From: Octopus vulgaris
Taxonomy: Eukaryota
DNA length: 64,000 nt
Assembly: GCA_951406725.2 (NCBI GenBank)
Contig: OX597823.1
Location: 24,614,001 to 24,678,000, forward strand
Direction of reading: 5' to 3'
The notes below the pieces were generated by a model. It did not search any database, was not told the DNA's origin, and saw only the letters and a list, made by a program, of their open reading frames with translations. This document shows positions 1-12,494 of the stretch, in pieces; the stretch's first letter is position 1; each line of letters opens with the position of its first letter. The translations under genes were made by a program, and so were the position numbers.

Positions 1-378
1 ATCATGGCAATCCCTTCACCAGGGTATTGTTAATGAGGGAACATTAAAACTAGTGAAGAGGATATCAAGCTCCAAGTGTGGCCTGTTAGTAGGAAAGCAT
101 TTTCACACATTAAAATTAGCATATCGCATTCAGCTTTTGGTGAGGAGGACAGGAAGGTTCCACTCCCTTAGAAATTGGCCTACATCATGGATTGCATGTT
201 CTGGTTTCCAAGTAACCTTCATCACTGATGTGAATGTGTGCATATGTGTGTGTGCATGCAAATGATTCAGTTTTATTTAGTCAATAACTTTTACTCTAAA
301 TTTGTTACTATCTCCTCATTCTCCCTTTCCTCCTGTCATAAACTCAAAATTGATATGAATTTCTCTCATCATTTCCAG

Positions 379-546
379 TTGTCACAAAAGTTAACTGTGG
401 AGCACCAAAAGATGTTGTTGGTGCATCTAAATCCTATGATACTACTACCTATGAATCTGAAGTGATCTATACTTGTCAAGATGAAGAAGAATTAAAGGCA
501 ACATGTAAAGAGAATAAGAAATGGGCTCCAGAAGTGTCTTGTAAAG
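379..546 (+). CDS. Exon S1: compact Sushi/CCP domain (internal exon of the Sushi-PAN-PAN repeat gene)
   Basis: Acceptor tttccAG|TT, donor AAAG|gtaatg; 168 nt, phase 1-1. Reads VTKVNCGAPKDVVGASKSYDTTTYESEVIYTCQDEEELKATCKENKKWAPEVSCK, with 4 Cys, C-G-x-P, Y-x-C and the CCP Trp. Five paralogous exons occur in the window. Confidence 0.9.
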
Positions 547-2086
547 GTAATGTAAATAGGTTCTCTTTTTGACTCTATCTCAGTAATTTTGTTTTAGCTT
601 TGTGTTCAATTTCTATGTCAGAGGAAGTCTGACTGTATCCATAAAAATTTCCATTGTTCATGACTGGTAGGAGGGTCAGAGGTAGTTATCTTCAGACCAA
701 AGACCTTCCTAAATGCTTGCAGCACAGTGGGCTTCATTAAAGATATTGAAGAGCCAGGTAATGTTATTAATTTGGTATATGGGTTAAGTCTGTCAAACAA
801 GAGCAGTATACGAGGAAGTGTGTTCTTTCCAGCAGGCTTAGCATAGTTTCCATCCACCAAATTTCATTCAAAATCTTTACTCATGAAATAGATTTTTGAC
901 CATGCAGCCATAAGTCCAGACACTACCACATTCTTGTTAAGTAAACTTGTTACATCCACAGCTCTATCTCAGCCAATCTAGGTATTTTTTTCCTTAAATT
1001 CTACCCTCAGCTTTCTTCCCCATACTTTGTTTCATTCTCTGATACTCTGTACAATACAATTCACTGAATTTTTCTTTGCTAGAATTCAGCAATCCAAAAC
1101 TTCTGATCCTCAAATGGTCATCCATTCCACCATCCTTAATCATAATGAGACAAATAATAATTGTGGTTCCTGATAAAAAGAGCATCAATAATTTTTCTAT
1201 AGAAGGATGTTAGTCAGTATCATTACCTCCAATACTTGGTTGCTATTTTTTGTTGTTGACCCACTCCCATTTAGCTGAATTTGAACTGAAATCAGGAAGA
1301 GTTTGGATAAATACCATACAGCTTTTCTTTCAACTTTTTATTTGGTATCCATGTATACATTAAAGATAAAGATGAGAATGATGATGTAATTCTGATGAAT
1401 TGAAAATGAAAATTGCAGAATGCCACTATCAAAGACTACATGAACTCCAAGGACAAGACTCCTCTCCAGTTAATATTGTGGCATACAGGTTTATGCACTG
1501 TGTGACCCACCCATTCTCACATTTCTTTCAATAATTTTTGCTGGGGGAGAATATCTTCTTCTCCATCCTCATCTTCTTTACAAGTAAAACATGAAAAATA
1601 CAGATTAGGGATTGACCAAAGAGAAAAGTCCTCATTGTTATACCTTTCAACCTCATTCACCACAAACCTCTTTTGCTATAGCTAGCAGACAGGGCTAAAG
1701 GGACTTCTCTGCTCAGTTAGAGGAGGATGTGAGGTAAACATAATGATGGACTTGAATGCCAGCTGGGCCTGTCTCATGCATGATACCTGCTGTTTGACAT
1801 AAACCTACAAGTCAATAATGCCTGGACACTGACAGACATGTAAAATTAATTTGTTCTACCATGAACAGCACTGTCTGTTAGAACTTCTATGACTACATTT
1901 TATCTTGGTTTTGTAGAGCAATTTGATAACACTCTCAAGGGCTCCAACAAGTTGCCCATAGTATTTCATGGCCAAAAAGTTCTTTGAAACAAATTTCCCA
2001 CCTCATTCACATCAAACCCCAGAATATCTCCCTGAGAATATCAATGATCTTCCACTCAATTTGTCTTCTATAGATTACATGCATGT

Positions 2087-2617
2087 CACCTTGATTACCT
2101 TGACTGACCAGTCCGTTGGGCGTCCATTTGACACCGCTGGTCACAGCACGCTGTCCACTCCTCTCTGGATCATGCCTTTCTCATCCACGTGATCCCAATC
2201 GTCCTCCTAAAATCATAACTCCACCATGGTGGAGGCCTTCCGGGTGGTCGTTTCCACTCACGTGGGTACCACTTGATAGCTGCACAGGTCCACTGATTAT
2301 CTGTGAGCCGGGCTACGTGTCCAGCCCATCTAAAGTTGTAGTGTGTATGCTCTGCAATGACATCCCTCATGCCGGCTTCTTTCTGATGATCTCGCTACTG
2401 ATGTGCTCTCTCAACGAGATACCAAGCATTGACCTTTCTATGGCTCTTTGAGCCATTACCAGTCTCTGGTCTTCTCTCTTCGTGGTATCCCATGTTTCAC
2501 TACCATATAACATTGCAGGTAGAACTGTACTGTTAATGAGGTTGGCATAATGGATGTGCTCAAGGGAAGGTTGGACATGACCACCCACGCCAACCTCATC
2601 AACAGTACAGTTCTACC
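2087..2617 (-). mobile_element. 5'-truncated RTE-clade LINE 3' fragment
   Basis: Minus-strand ORFs read VLPAMLYGSETW..AQRAIERSMLG and RWAGHVARLTDNQWT..WYPREWKRPPGRPP. The insert is absent from the paralogous intron near 61710 and is flanked by a degenerate 11-bp TSD. Confidence 0.85.
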
Positions 2618-4058
2618 TACAAGTATGTAATGCCCACTAATTACATTGCCCAAGTCAAGTTTGATTTGGTATACTTAAGATTATATGAAGTACCCTGACT
2701 TTCCCATTTTTTAAATTGTGGCATGTGATTGAGAGAGATTTTGTTAATATATCTGACATGTTGGGCATACATATAGCAAGCTTCCACAGTGGCTGGCCCA
2801 CAGTAAATATTGAACTTAATATTGTAAGCTAACAGATTAGACACAGTTGATCCTAAGGTATTATTATATTACGCCCGACTCAATACAATCACCTGGCCCT
2901 TCAGATGCTTATAATGTTGGTGATGGACAATATTTGGTATAATTTTAATATATTTATTACATTAATAAACAGGTGCATTGACACACAGTTGCTCTTGCTG
3001 AATGTGGACTGCAGGTTACCATAGAGTTCATGACATAGCTGTTTCTTTCATAACTAGCTTATAAGGAAATATAAATACCACCACAGTGTAATCAATTATG
3101 TATTCATTATTTAATTACATGACCAAACATATTTAGAAATGCCATGAGTTTATGAAAAATACATGTCTTCCTCAAGCTCACTAATTGTCTACATAAAGTA
3201 AACTGACTTAAACTGAGAATCAGACCCAAATCATTGACTCACACTATTCAATCCATATTTGTAGTAGTGGAAAATACTCAGGGTCACTTTCTGCCTCAAA
3301 ATTAAATAGAAAAATGGCTACTTATTGAACCAAGTTGTGATGTCTAATTAAAATTACACTCTCAACAGCTGGTAACATCATTATGCTAATCACTTTTTCT
3401 TGTCATTAAATTCAGAAGAGAGAACCTCGTGAGATAATCACTTTTTTTTCTCATCTCATTAATAGGATAATTTTTGAAGAAATTAAATTCCCTAGCTTGT
3501 TACATGAAGTTGTGAGTGTTCACATTAACTTCTTAATATTTATTTACTTGGTGATGAATGTGAGATTTTAATTTTCCAAGACAAAACACTGCAAAGTCAA
3601 TATAGAGATGGGCAATAATCTTTTCCATGACTATTCATATTCAGTTACATCCTTTCACTTTCTGGGTTCAAATACCATCTAAATGTGCTCCACCTTTCAT
3701 AATTCTGCAGTTGATAAAACAAGCATTAATTAAGTACAGAGTTTTACTTACTTTAATCTACACTCACTGCAGAATGTGTTATCATGAATGTTTGTAACGT
3801 CAACAATAATTGTAAATATTTTTGTTGGTGATGGATTGAGAGAATCATCAGAACATCAGACGAAATGTGTTGTATTTTTTCTGGCCCTTTGACTTCTGAG
3901 TTTGGATCTGGCTGGTGTCAACTTTTCCTTTTCCAGTCCAATAAGATAAAATACCAGTCAATCTGCTCCTACCTCATATTTTTGTCCATTTTGCTATATT
4001 AGAAATTATTGATTTTGTTTTTGTTGTTTACATTTTTTCAATCTTATTTTAATTCTAG

Positions 4059-4298
4059 TTAGTAAGATCAATTTTGTGAAAGTAAAAGGTGCAATTCTGG
4101 ATGTACCTGGCAAAACTATGTTGAATAAGAAAAATGTAACAGCAGAAGCCTGTGCAGAAAAATGTTTGTCTGACAAAACTTGTTTATCATTTGAAATAAC
4201 AAAGAGAAGTGGAAATTGTTATTTATCAAAGGCGACGGCAGCTTCCACCACAGAATTGAAAACAGCCAAAGACAGAGATTACTACCAACAAATAAAAC
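4059..4298 (+). CDS. Exon PA1: PAN/Apple domain, type A
   Basis: Acceptor attctAG|TT, donor AAAC|gtaatt; 240 nt, phase 1-1. Reads SKINFVKVKGAILDVPGKT..VTAEACAEKCLSDKTCLSFEITKRSGNCYLSK..RDYYQQIK (C-x3-C-x5-C-x-SF..C-x-L PAN pattern). Confidence 0.9.
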
Positions 4299-5799
4299 GT
4301 AATTATTCTTTGTTTCTCTCTTCTTCTGAAACTTGTGATTCATTTGTACTTCATAGTTTATAAATAACCATTTCTGTAAAGATATTGACAGATTTATCTA
4401 TAAGGACAGATATAAACACATTCCAGAAATCAGTAATTTTAGGAACCATAGATACTGTTAAGGTATTTTCACACTGCATTTGTTTATCTTGATCACTTTT
4501 CTGTAATATGTTTTCTTTTGTTCCTTTTTTGTGTGCAACAAAAGAAACATTTGTCATTTTCTTAAACATGAATAGTATTGTAGTAGTGGTGGTTTCAAAT
4601 TTTGGCACAAGTTTTGAAGGAACAGTGTTAATTCTAACCATCAACCCCAGTTCTTGACTGGTATTATTTTGTATCTTCACTGGATGGATGAAAGGCAGTT
4701 TTCCTTGGCAGAATTTTGAACTTGAAATGTATGAATTGGAAGATATATAGCTAGGTAGTATGGTATTTTCACAGTATCTCACCATTTATTGCTCTACTCC
4801 ATAATATGATATTTAGAATTATAGAAGAATGTAATGCTAATCTATTTAATTGTGTATTTCTGATATATTTACATGGTTATTATGGCTGGATGCCCATCTT
4901 ATCACCAATGCTTTTACCAAACTTCTGCCTTATTACTTTAATATCTGAGGAATTGTGAGTGAAGAACAAGTTGATGAGGAACTGTTCTTGTCCAGTTATA
5001 TTTTAATTTGCTTTGTGAGTGAATGTGAGCTCTGAGGCAAGAGTAACTGGTTTGTCTTTAGCAAGCTTTACCACATGTGTACATATTGCCATGCTACTAA
5101 AATCAGAGAAATTGTATGTTGGAACTAAAGAGTTCTCACAACATAAAATAAAAATAGTTCCATAGCATAATTAAAAGAAGACATCCAGCAAATTCACTTA
5201 CATTCATCTCAAGAATTTTGTCCTTTCCTATCAAACTTTCCTTCTTGATACCCTTGTTAAGGGGAAATTCACTAGATCTTGTAATCCCTAAGTAAGAATA
5301 TCCATGATTCCTAGAATGACATTCAATATTTCTTAGTCAAAAAGAAATGTGAGCCATTTATTTGTATATTTATGAGAAGCTTTAACATGACTTCACCGCA
5401 ATATTTATCTTGGATACCATCAGGAAGTTCAAACACATTTACAGCTCAGATTTATAGATACAGTTGCACAACAATTTGAGGTGATATGAACAGCCATGCC
5501 TGGATTCTTAAATGAGTTTGATTGTTGTCAATATAACTACATTCAAATAATTGGACATCACTGCAAACATAGTCAGGTACCACACAAAGTATACTCCTAC
5601 AGAAAGCCTAATAAGATGAATGAACGCTATAAGAATTTCAATTCTAGCTTCTAAGCTCTAATATGACACAATTCTTGGTTCCAAGCTATAATATGACTTC
5701 AGAAATGGATATTTTAGACACGTTTTACAGCATACAAGCCATTAGCTGGAATGGAATTTAGTAAAATGTCCATAAAAAGCAAGCATTCACCACCTTCAT

Positions 5800-6800
5800 A
5801 AATGAAGGCAATTAGAAAGATAAATTCATTCAGTCCTCCTTTCAACCTAAATATCTCCATGAATATTTTCAGGAAAATTTTATCATGCTTTAGACACCAT
5901 TTTTCAAGTGCATAAGTATCACAAACTTATGAATGTGCATAGTGTTAAAATTTATTATTTTTATCTAGATAACAAGGCTTCTAGCATTGTTTTTTACAAT
6001 GGGGAAAACATACACTTACCCAGACTTCATCCAAGACACCCACCTGTAACTGTTAAAATCAATGCAATTTCCCATGGTGAGAATTTTGTTGTTATGAGAG
6101 TGGTATGTATAGCAACCTTCACTCCATCTGATAGTCTCTGGAAAAAAATACATGGGACTTACAACCAGTGACCTTAAGTAAATTTTCACTCAGCATATAT
6201 ACTATTTCGAGTTTATGAATAAGAAAAAGCCCACTTCTTTGTCCTGTTTTCTGTGAAGACTTTAGGAACAGGAAAGTGATGTATGCTCAAGCTTACTCAA
6301 CAGACCCTTCTCTATATTTACCTGCGGTCTCGTGGTTATTATTTGCTAATAAATAACCACGAGACTGCAGATTCAACTGACTTCTATCATTCTACCTCAC
6401 AGTGGATTTAATAAACTGTGAACCTAACTATAATGTAAAACTTTCGAACCTTTGAACATTTTCTTTTCCGATGTATCCCCCTAACTTTTGCTTTTTTCTC
6501 TACCTCTGACTTCTTCATTCTGATGATGTCTACCATTGGCAATGAAGTAAAAATACAAATATATATTTCCCTCAGCATGGTACACAGATATGATCGTAAA
6601 CTACTCTTACTCTCACCTTTCTTAACTAATTAAATAATGGCTTCCTAGCACAAAAGACACACTTCTTATTGTTATTTTTCCACCATTTTCTTATCGTCTA
6701 TATAAATTAAACTACGGTTTACCCTCCAAATTACCTGATGCTGTATACCTTTCACCAAGGGCTATACCTACTGAAGTATTTACCAGGAGTGCTTTGGATA
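5800..6800 (+). mobile_element. Degenerate Penelope-like element remnant with 3' hammerhead-like motif
   Basis: Decayed SPPF..RKILSCFRHHF..HKYHKLMNVHSVKI resembles the PLE post-RT region. A homologous fossil lies at ~33200-33650 in the paralogous intron. Boundaries are approximate. Confidence 0.5.
6520..6598 (+). ncRNA. Degenerate minimal type I hammerhead ribozyme-like motif
   Basis: CTGATGA, stem II tgtctaccat/atggtacaca, GATA (for GAAA), t-GATC-g with a palindromic tetraloop, then TA. It lies at the 3' end of a PLE remnant. Confidence 0.45.
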
Positions 6801-7029
6801 TATCTATCACTTAGAGGGTTTAAACACCTGTAACTTGTACCTGCATATTATATATATAGATAGATAGACAGACAGACAGACAGATATGTGTATATATATG
6901 TTTGGAAATTGATAGATATGTGTATATATATGTTTGGAAATTGATATATTTGTAATTTTAAAAATCATTAGGTAAAAATTGATCAATTTCACCCAATAAA
7001 TGTGAAACAATTTTTTAGTCATAGATCTG

Positions 7030-7900
7030 CATTATTATGAGGAGTTTTTACAAAATAACCAATATCAGCCAATGAAATGTTGTATGTGCTGAACATTGTG
7101 TGGGGACCAAATCAATAGGACCTGCACTACACTCTGAGCTGTATTTGCACCTGAAAAACATGTTCACTCCCATCTTGGAAGCCATCTACTGCAATTTGCA
7201 GCAGAGTGTAAGGATTTGGGTGGGGAGGGGAGGCATAGTAGCACAGCTGGAGATGGTGCTGAACAAGGGGGATTGCATAGAATATTTCAGACCCAGAACT
7301 TTCTACAATACAAAGTTAAAGATTTTTGTAAATGTGCTTGTCCAGATGTTCTTGTTTTGATAGAGGATTGATCAGTTTGAATTAGTGAAAAACATTTGAC
7401 GAGGTGGACTATTGCTACCTAGTAGCTGTTCTAGGACCTGTCAGGGTCCTTCTTCAGGGACTGGATCACCACAATGTACATTGGCATCTATTGAGTGTGC
7501 GTATCAAATGTTTTTTGTCTGTTGAGGATGCCTCTCTCAGCTTTTCAGTTAGTTGTAGCCCTGGAGCTTTTGCTGCTAAGGTTGGAGAGTTTTAGGCTTA
7601 TCTTGATATAGGCTACAAGAGGGCCATGCTGGAGGCTTATCTTACTTGATTTAGACTATAGGAGGGCCATATTGGCTTACCAGTACAATATCACTTACAT
7701 GGTACTGGAGACTTTTGATATAGATGGACATAATATTGAAAGAGTATCTCATGTACTACAGCAAATTGGTGGTCATACAACAAGGCACATGGAGGGGCAA
7801 GCCCATGTTGGTCAATGGGGATTTGTGCCACCTTTACAAGCGTCAGTATGGGTGCATTTACATTGCACTGGCACAGGTGCTTTATACATGAAACCTGTTC
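7030..7900 (-). mobile_element. Degenerate Penelope-like element fragment
   Basis: Minus-strand peptides ISLKLSNLSS, ILCNPP and LDKH resemble the PLE at 34680-35340. Boundaries are approximate. Confidence 0.5.
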
Positions 7901-7979
7901 CCACAAGGCAACAATATTAGGATTACTCAGCTGAAGAGTGATGCAGGGGACATGCTTGTATGTGTGGATGGTCATGATT

Positions 7980-9590
7980 GTACTTAGCTCGACATGTGTT
8001 CTTCAAGCAGAGCAAACCACCTGAAGTTTCAATCCCTTGTGTGGACCAAATTCTGTAAGGCCAAAATTCTGAAGATCCTTTCTCACCACTTTGTACCATG
8101 TCTTCCTTGGTCTACTCTTTCCACAGGTTGCCTCCACAGTTAGAGCTCAGTGCTTCTTGATACAGCTATCCTCATCCATATACATCACATGACAATAAAA
8201 CGTCAGTCTTCTTTCTTGCACACTACATCTGATGCCTCACATATCCAGTTCTTCTCTCAAATCACTTACACTCTACTATGCATACACACTGACATTACCC
8301 ACCCGGCAGTGCATGCTGGCTTCATTTCTTTCAAGCCTTTGCATATCCTCTGTACTCACAGCCCATATCTTACTGCCATGTAGCCGAACTATCTGTACAC
8401 AGGTATCATACAATCTGTCTTATTACAAACAGAGGTAGCAGCTCTCTGAACATTGCCTAACCCATTCTTATTCCAGTGACTATGCCTCTATTGCCAACTT
8501 GGTCACTTAAGTAATGTAAACACTTTACTACTTCTAAGGATCCACCTGGACATTTGAGGGAGTCTATGTTCTGTACATTCCTAGTGTTTAATGTACCGGT
8601 ACATCTGCCACACACAAAGACTACTTTTTCTGTTGATCTTCATGTGATACCGCTGCACCCCTTATGTATCTATAGCTTTCACTGAGTACACTGTATGGAG
8701 CTTCTTCCAACACCTTTTCTACATATCCAGCAGGGCCATCTCCTTGAAAGAATCAGTGATTTGTTTGTTTTCCTACTTACTACGGCTTTGATCTTTGCTA
8801 AATTAACTTTAAGGTCCTTTGATTCCAGACCTTGCTTCCACACCTGAAATTTCTTCTCTTGTTCTGGTAGTGATTCAGCAATAAGAACACAGTCAGCAGT
8901 CTAGAGAAGCTCCTAAGGGCAGTCAGTCTTAAATTCCTTGGTTATAGCCTGGAGGACTATGATAAATAAGAGGTGACTGAGAACTTATCCCTGGTGGACT
9001 CCTATTTGTACACTAAATTCCTTTCAGAAATCATTGCTAACTTTCACCTTACTGACAGTATCCCTGTACATGGTTTGTGCAGCTCTCACCAACAACTAAT
9101 ATGTTCCTAGATTCTGCATTGCCCACCAGATAAAGAAACAGGGGACCCTGTCAAATGTTTTATCCATGTAAACAAAAGGCAAATCCAGAGATATTCTGGA
9201 ACAATTACTTCACCTGAAAGATAGCATCAGTAGTGCTCAGTCCTGGCACCAATCCAAACTGCATCTCATCTAGGATAATTCTCTTCCTAATTAATTGAAT
9301 TATAACCCTTTCTGTAGTTTTTGTCACCTGGTCCACTAATTTGATACTTTTGTAATTTTTTGGTTTAAGGTGTCACCTTTACATTTATAGCAGTTGACTA
9401 TAATGCGACCGCAGCAGTCACTGGCTGTGACTCCTACATAGATAACCTGACTAATTATAAGGGTGACTATTTTATATTCCACTCCAACAGATATTTTGTG
9501 CATCTCAGCAGTGATTCCTGATGCGCTGGGGCTTTTTTCTGTCTCCATATCCTTAAATTGTATTATCTACTATGTTGTTATCGATTTAGA
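7980..9590 (-). mobile_element. Degenerate RTE LINE (RT to C-terminus)
   Basis: KSPSASGITAEMHK..IIVNCYKCKGD; collinear with the copies at 51275-54672 and 57454-59746; many stops and frameshifts. Confidence 0.85.
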
Positions 9591-11054
9591 TAGTCAGTCT
9601 TTCTGTTACATCCACACTAGGCAGATTGATTGGTTATCAGGTGACTGGCTGGCTTCCTGAATTTGACATTGCAGATCATTAAGTTATTCCCACCACAGAA
9701 GTCCAGTAGCCTAGAAATGAGAAAATGCTAAGCCTGAAAGGTCAAGCAGAAGTCGTAAACAATTACATCAACTCGATCATATGTTACCACATGACTTTCA
9801 TGCCACTCCAGTTCATTCTCTCAATGGAGTGGAACATCAACTCATCTACTTTTTATAGAAGTGATGTGTTTCACTAGCCAGGTGCTCCATTTCATATCAA
9901 CACTCACTGAAAGACATACTGAGCATGCCATGGTTGAGGATGCAGTGACACCCACTAAAGCTGCAATATCTCCAGCTATTCCTTGTCATCATTTGTCAAA
10001 TGTGTTTTCACAGATCTTCTCTTTGACAGAGATGCATTTCTGCACCAAGGAGATATACAGACAGGGTGCTTGGCATCTGAATGTTGTCAAACATTTACAG
10101 TCTGCTTCCAGTTAGGGAATATGGTTACTGGAAGTTCCATATTGATTTTCTTTCAGTGATTATGGGAGAACAAGAATGACTACATTCTCAAGGAAACTCT
10201 GGGTGTTAAAGGAAATATACTGGTTGGTCTGTTCCTGAGGACTTTCAGTTTGGGGGTCCATGGAAAATTTGCAGAAATCTCTGGCCAGGCATTGCTGCCA
10301 GGAAGAGAATTGCAAGTTCAAGATAGATTCTACAGCCATGGAAATGACATTGGCAAAGCCTGTCCAAGTTGTTTGTAAAGTGATAAAACTGTTCTGTATG
10401 CATTTGTCATTTGCCTGTGCTTTACTGATTTGTGGAGTTTAGATTTGAACACCTACTGTCATATGTCAGACAAATCAAGCTATCAGTCGACTCCATTGTG
10501 AAAATTATTCCACCACATTTCTTTAACCAGACTGATCAGAGAACTGTAGTCTGTCTGGTGGCTTTAGTAAAGTAGATTGAATAGAAGGACTGAAGACAGA
10601 TGCCTTTCTCTTTGGCCAAGTTCTCCACTTTTCCAAGTTTCACTTGCAAAGGAAATTGAAAGTAGAGAGGGAAGTGCTGTCTCCTAGAAAATTTGTTTAA
10701 AAGTGGGTAAGTGTGGTCAGCATGGTTGAAGGGAACAGGGCAGCTCTGAACATACACATTTATTGGAGAACTACTAGAATAGTGCTCATGCCTTAGTGTT
10801 TATGGTGGCCATGGTTTTGTGTTTTCATCAGTAACTCTGAGATTTCTTCGCTTTTGGGGAATTATTATTTTTGTTTTTTTGGTTTTTCCCGCCCATACTA
10901 GTATGGAAGTCAGATGTTAAACAAGGATGTTGACAATGGCTTTCTTTTTGTGATTTTACTTTTTACATACACTTTTGTATTTTCCCACATTGCATCATTC
11001 TATATCAGTTCCAGCTTTTTGCCAAATCTTAGATGTTAATAAAGAAACATTAAT

Positions 11055-11082
11055 GGTGTTGTTGTTGTTGTCGTCATCATTG

Positions 11083-11133
<51 letters not shown>
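11055..11133. repeat. (GTT)n/(GTA)n microsatellite
   Basis: Directly visible; (GTA) is repeated about 17 times. Confidence 0.95.
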
Positions 11134-11134
11134 T

Positions 11135-11830
11135 AAGGGACTGAGCTGCCAGAATTATTAGCACACCAGACAAAATACTTAGAGGCATTTTGCCCATCTT
11201 TACGTTCTGAGTTCAAATCCTGCTGAAGTCAACTTTTCCTTTAATCCCTTAAGGAGTCAATATAATAAGTACCACCTGAGCACTCAGGTTGATGTAATCA
11301 ACTAGCCCTCTCCTCACAAAATTTCAAGCTTTGTGCCAACAGTAGAAAGAATCCTAAAGGCAGCAAACCAGCAGAATCATTAGCATACCAGACATAAAGC
11401 TTACTGGCATTTCATCCATCTTTATGTTTTGAATTTGAATTTCCCACACAGTTGACTTTGCCTTTCATCTTTCAGCAGTCACTGAAATGAGTTGCAGTTG
11501 AGCACTGGGGTCAAAGAAACTGACTTACATCTCCTCCTCACAAAACTTCACATCTTGTGCCTATAGGAAAACGAATCATCATCATCATTACAGCATTATT
11601 ACTCTTTCTAAGACAAAGAGCTGGCAGAATTATTAGCAAACCAAACAAAATGCTTAGTGCATTTCTTCTGGTTTTACATTCTGGGTTCAAATTCCTTTCA
11701 AATTACCTTTGCCTTTCATTATTTTGGATCAATAAAATGGATATCAGTTGATCATTGGAGCCAGTGTAATTGACTGAGCCCCTAACTGAAAAGTTCAGTC
11801 CTTGTGCCTATAGTGCAAAGAATCTTTATT
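11135..11830 (+). mobile_element. Three head-to-tail tRNA-derived SINE copies (~220 bp each)
   Basis: Each copy follows gagctggcagaat..ttagca, a B-box-like (g)agttcaaat(t)cc, actttgcctttcat, gagcactgggg and cttgtgcc. Copies start near 11135, 11357 and 11608. Confidence 0.8.
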
Positions 11831-12494
11831 TTTAACACTAATATTATGTTGTATATTTAAAAATTTAGATAATTATGTACAAGTACCTTATAACAGAAAT
11901 TTTTTTTAAATATTCAAAACTCATCTGGTTCATTATTTTCTAAAAGGATAATTCAATATAAAAATACAGTCCATCCATGAAATTATTTTTCTGCATGAGC
12001 TGCCCTTCTCAGATTTAATGTAAATTCTAGTACATCATAAGACACACATGGAACCTTGCCTCACTGCTTTAGGTTGTACATAGTACATTTGTACATCCCC
12101 TCTTCTGGTGGTGTACTTTTGTTTAAGATTAAATGATCATAAGGATACTTCACATGCTGGTTGACGATCTTTTGCATTATGTTAAGATTCTACAAAAGCA
12201 CACTGTTAGATAGGAAGGCACAAATGGATTACATGCAACTTAAATTTTGAAACTAGGTTTCAAATGTGTCTGAGATGGTCTACATTCACATGAACTATGA
12301 CTAAGTTGTCATTTTGTGGATCAATTAATTGTTTATAATGCAGGCATGTCCAAACCCTGCCTGCATGGAAAATGAACATTCATTGATGATGATAATGACC
12401 ATTTAAAACAAATTATGCAACAGATGCTATATTTAATATACGTGTGTGAATATAAAATGTCTTTTTTGTTTTCTTTCCTTTCTTTTTTATCTAG

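Noticed and set aside
4076-4363. PAN ORFs in the track (also 12446, 23939, 26674, 32287, 42575, 49080, 62714) as stand-alone small genes, some with apparent signal peptides
   Set aside because: Protein similarity between copies starts and stops at the AG/GT sites. The hydrophobic N-terminal extensions are translated polypyrimidine tracts.
11135-11230. tRNA gene suggested by the gagttcaaatcc B-box
   Set aside because: No cloverleaf forms; the sequence continues into a SINE body repeated many times in the window.
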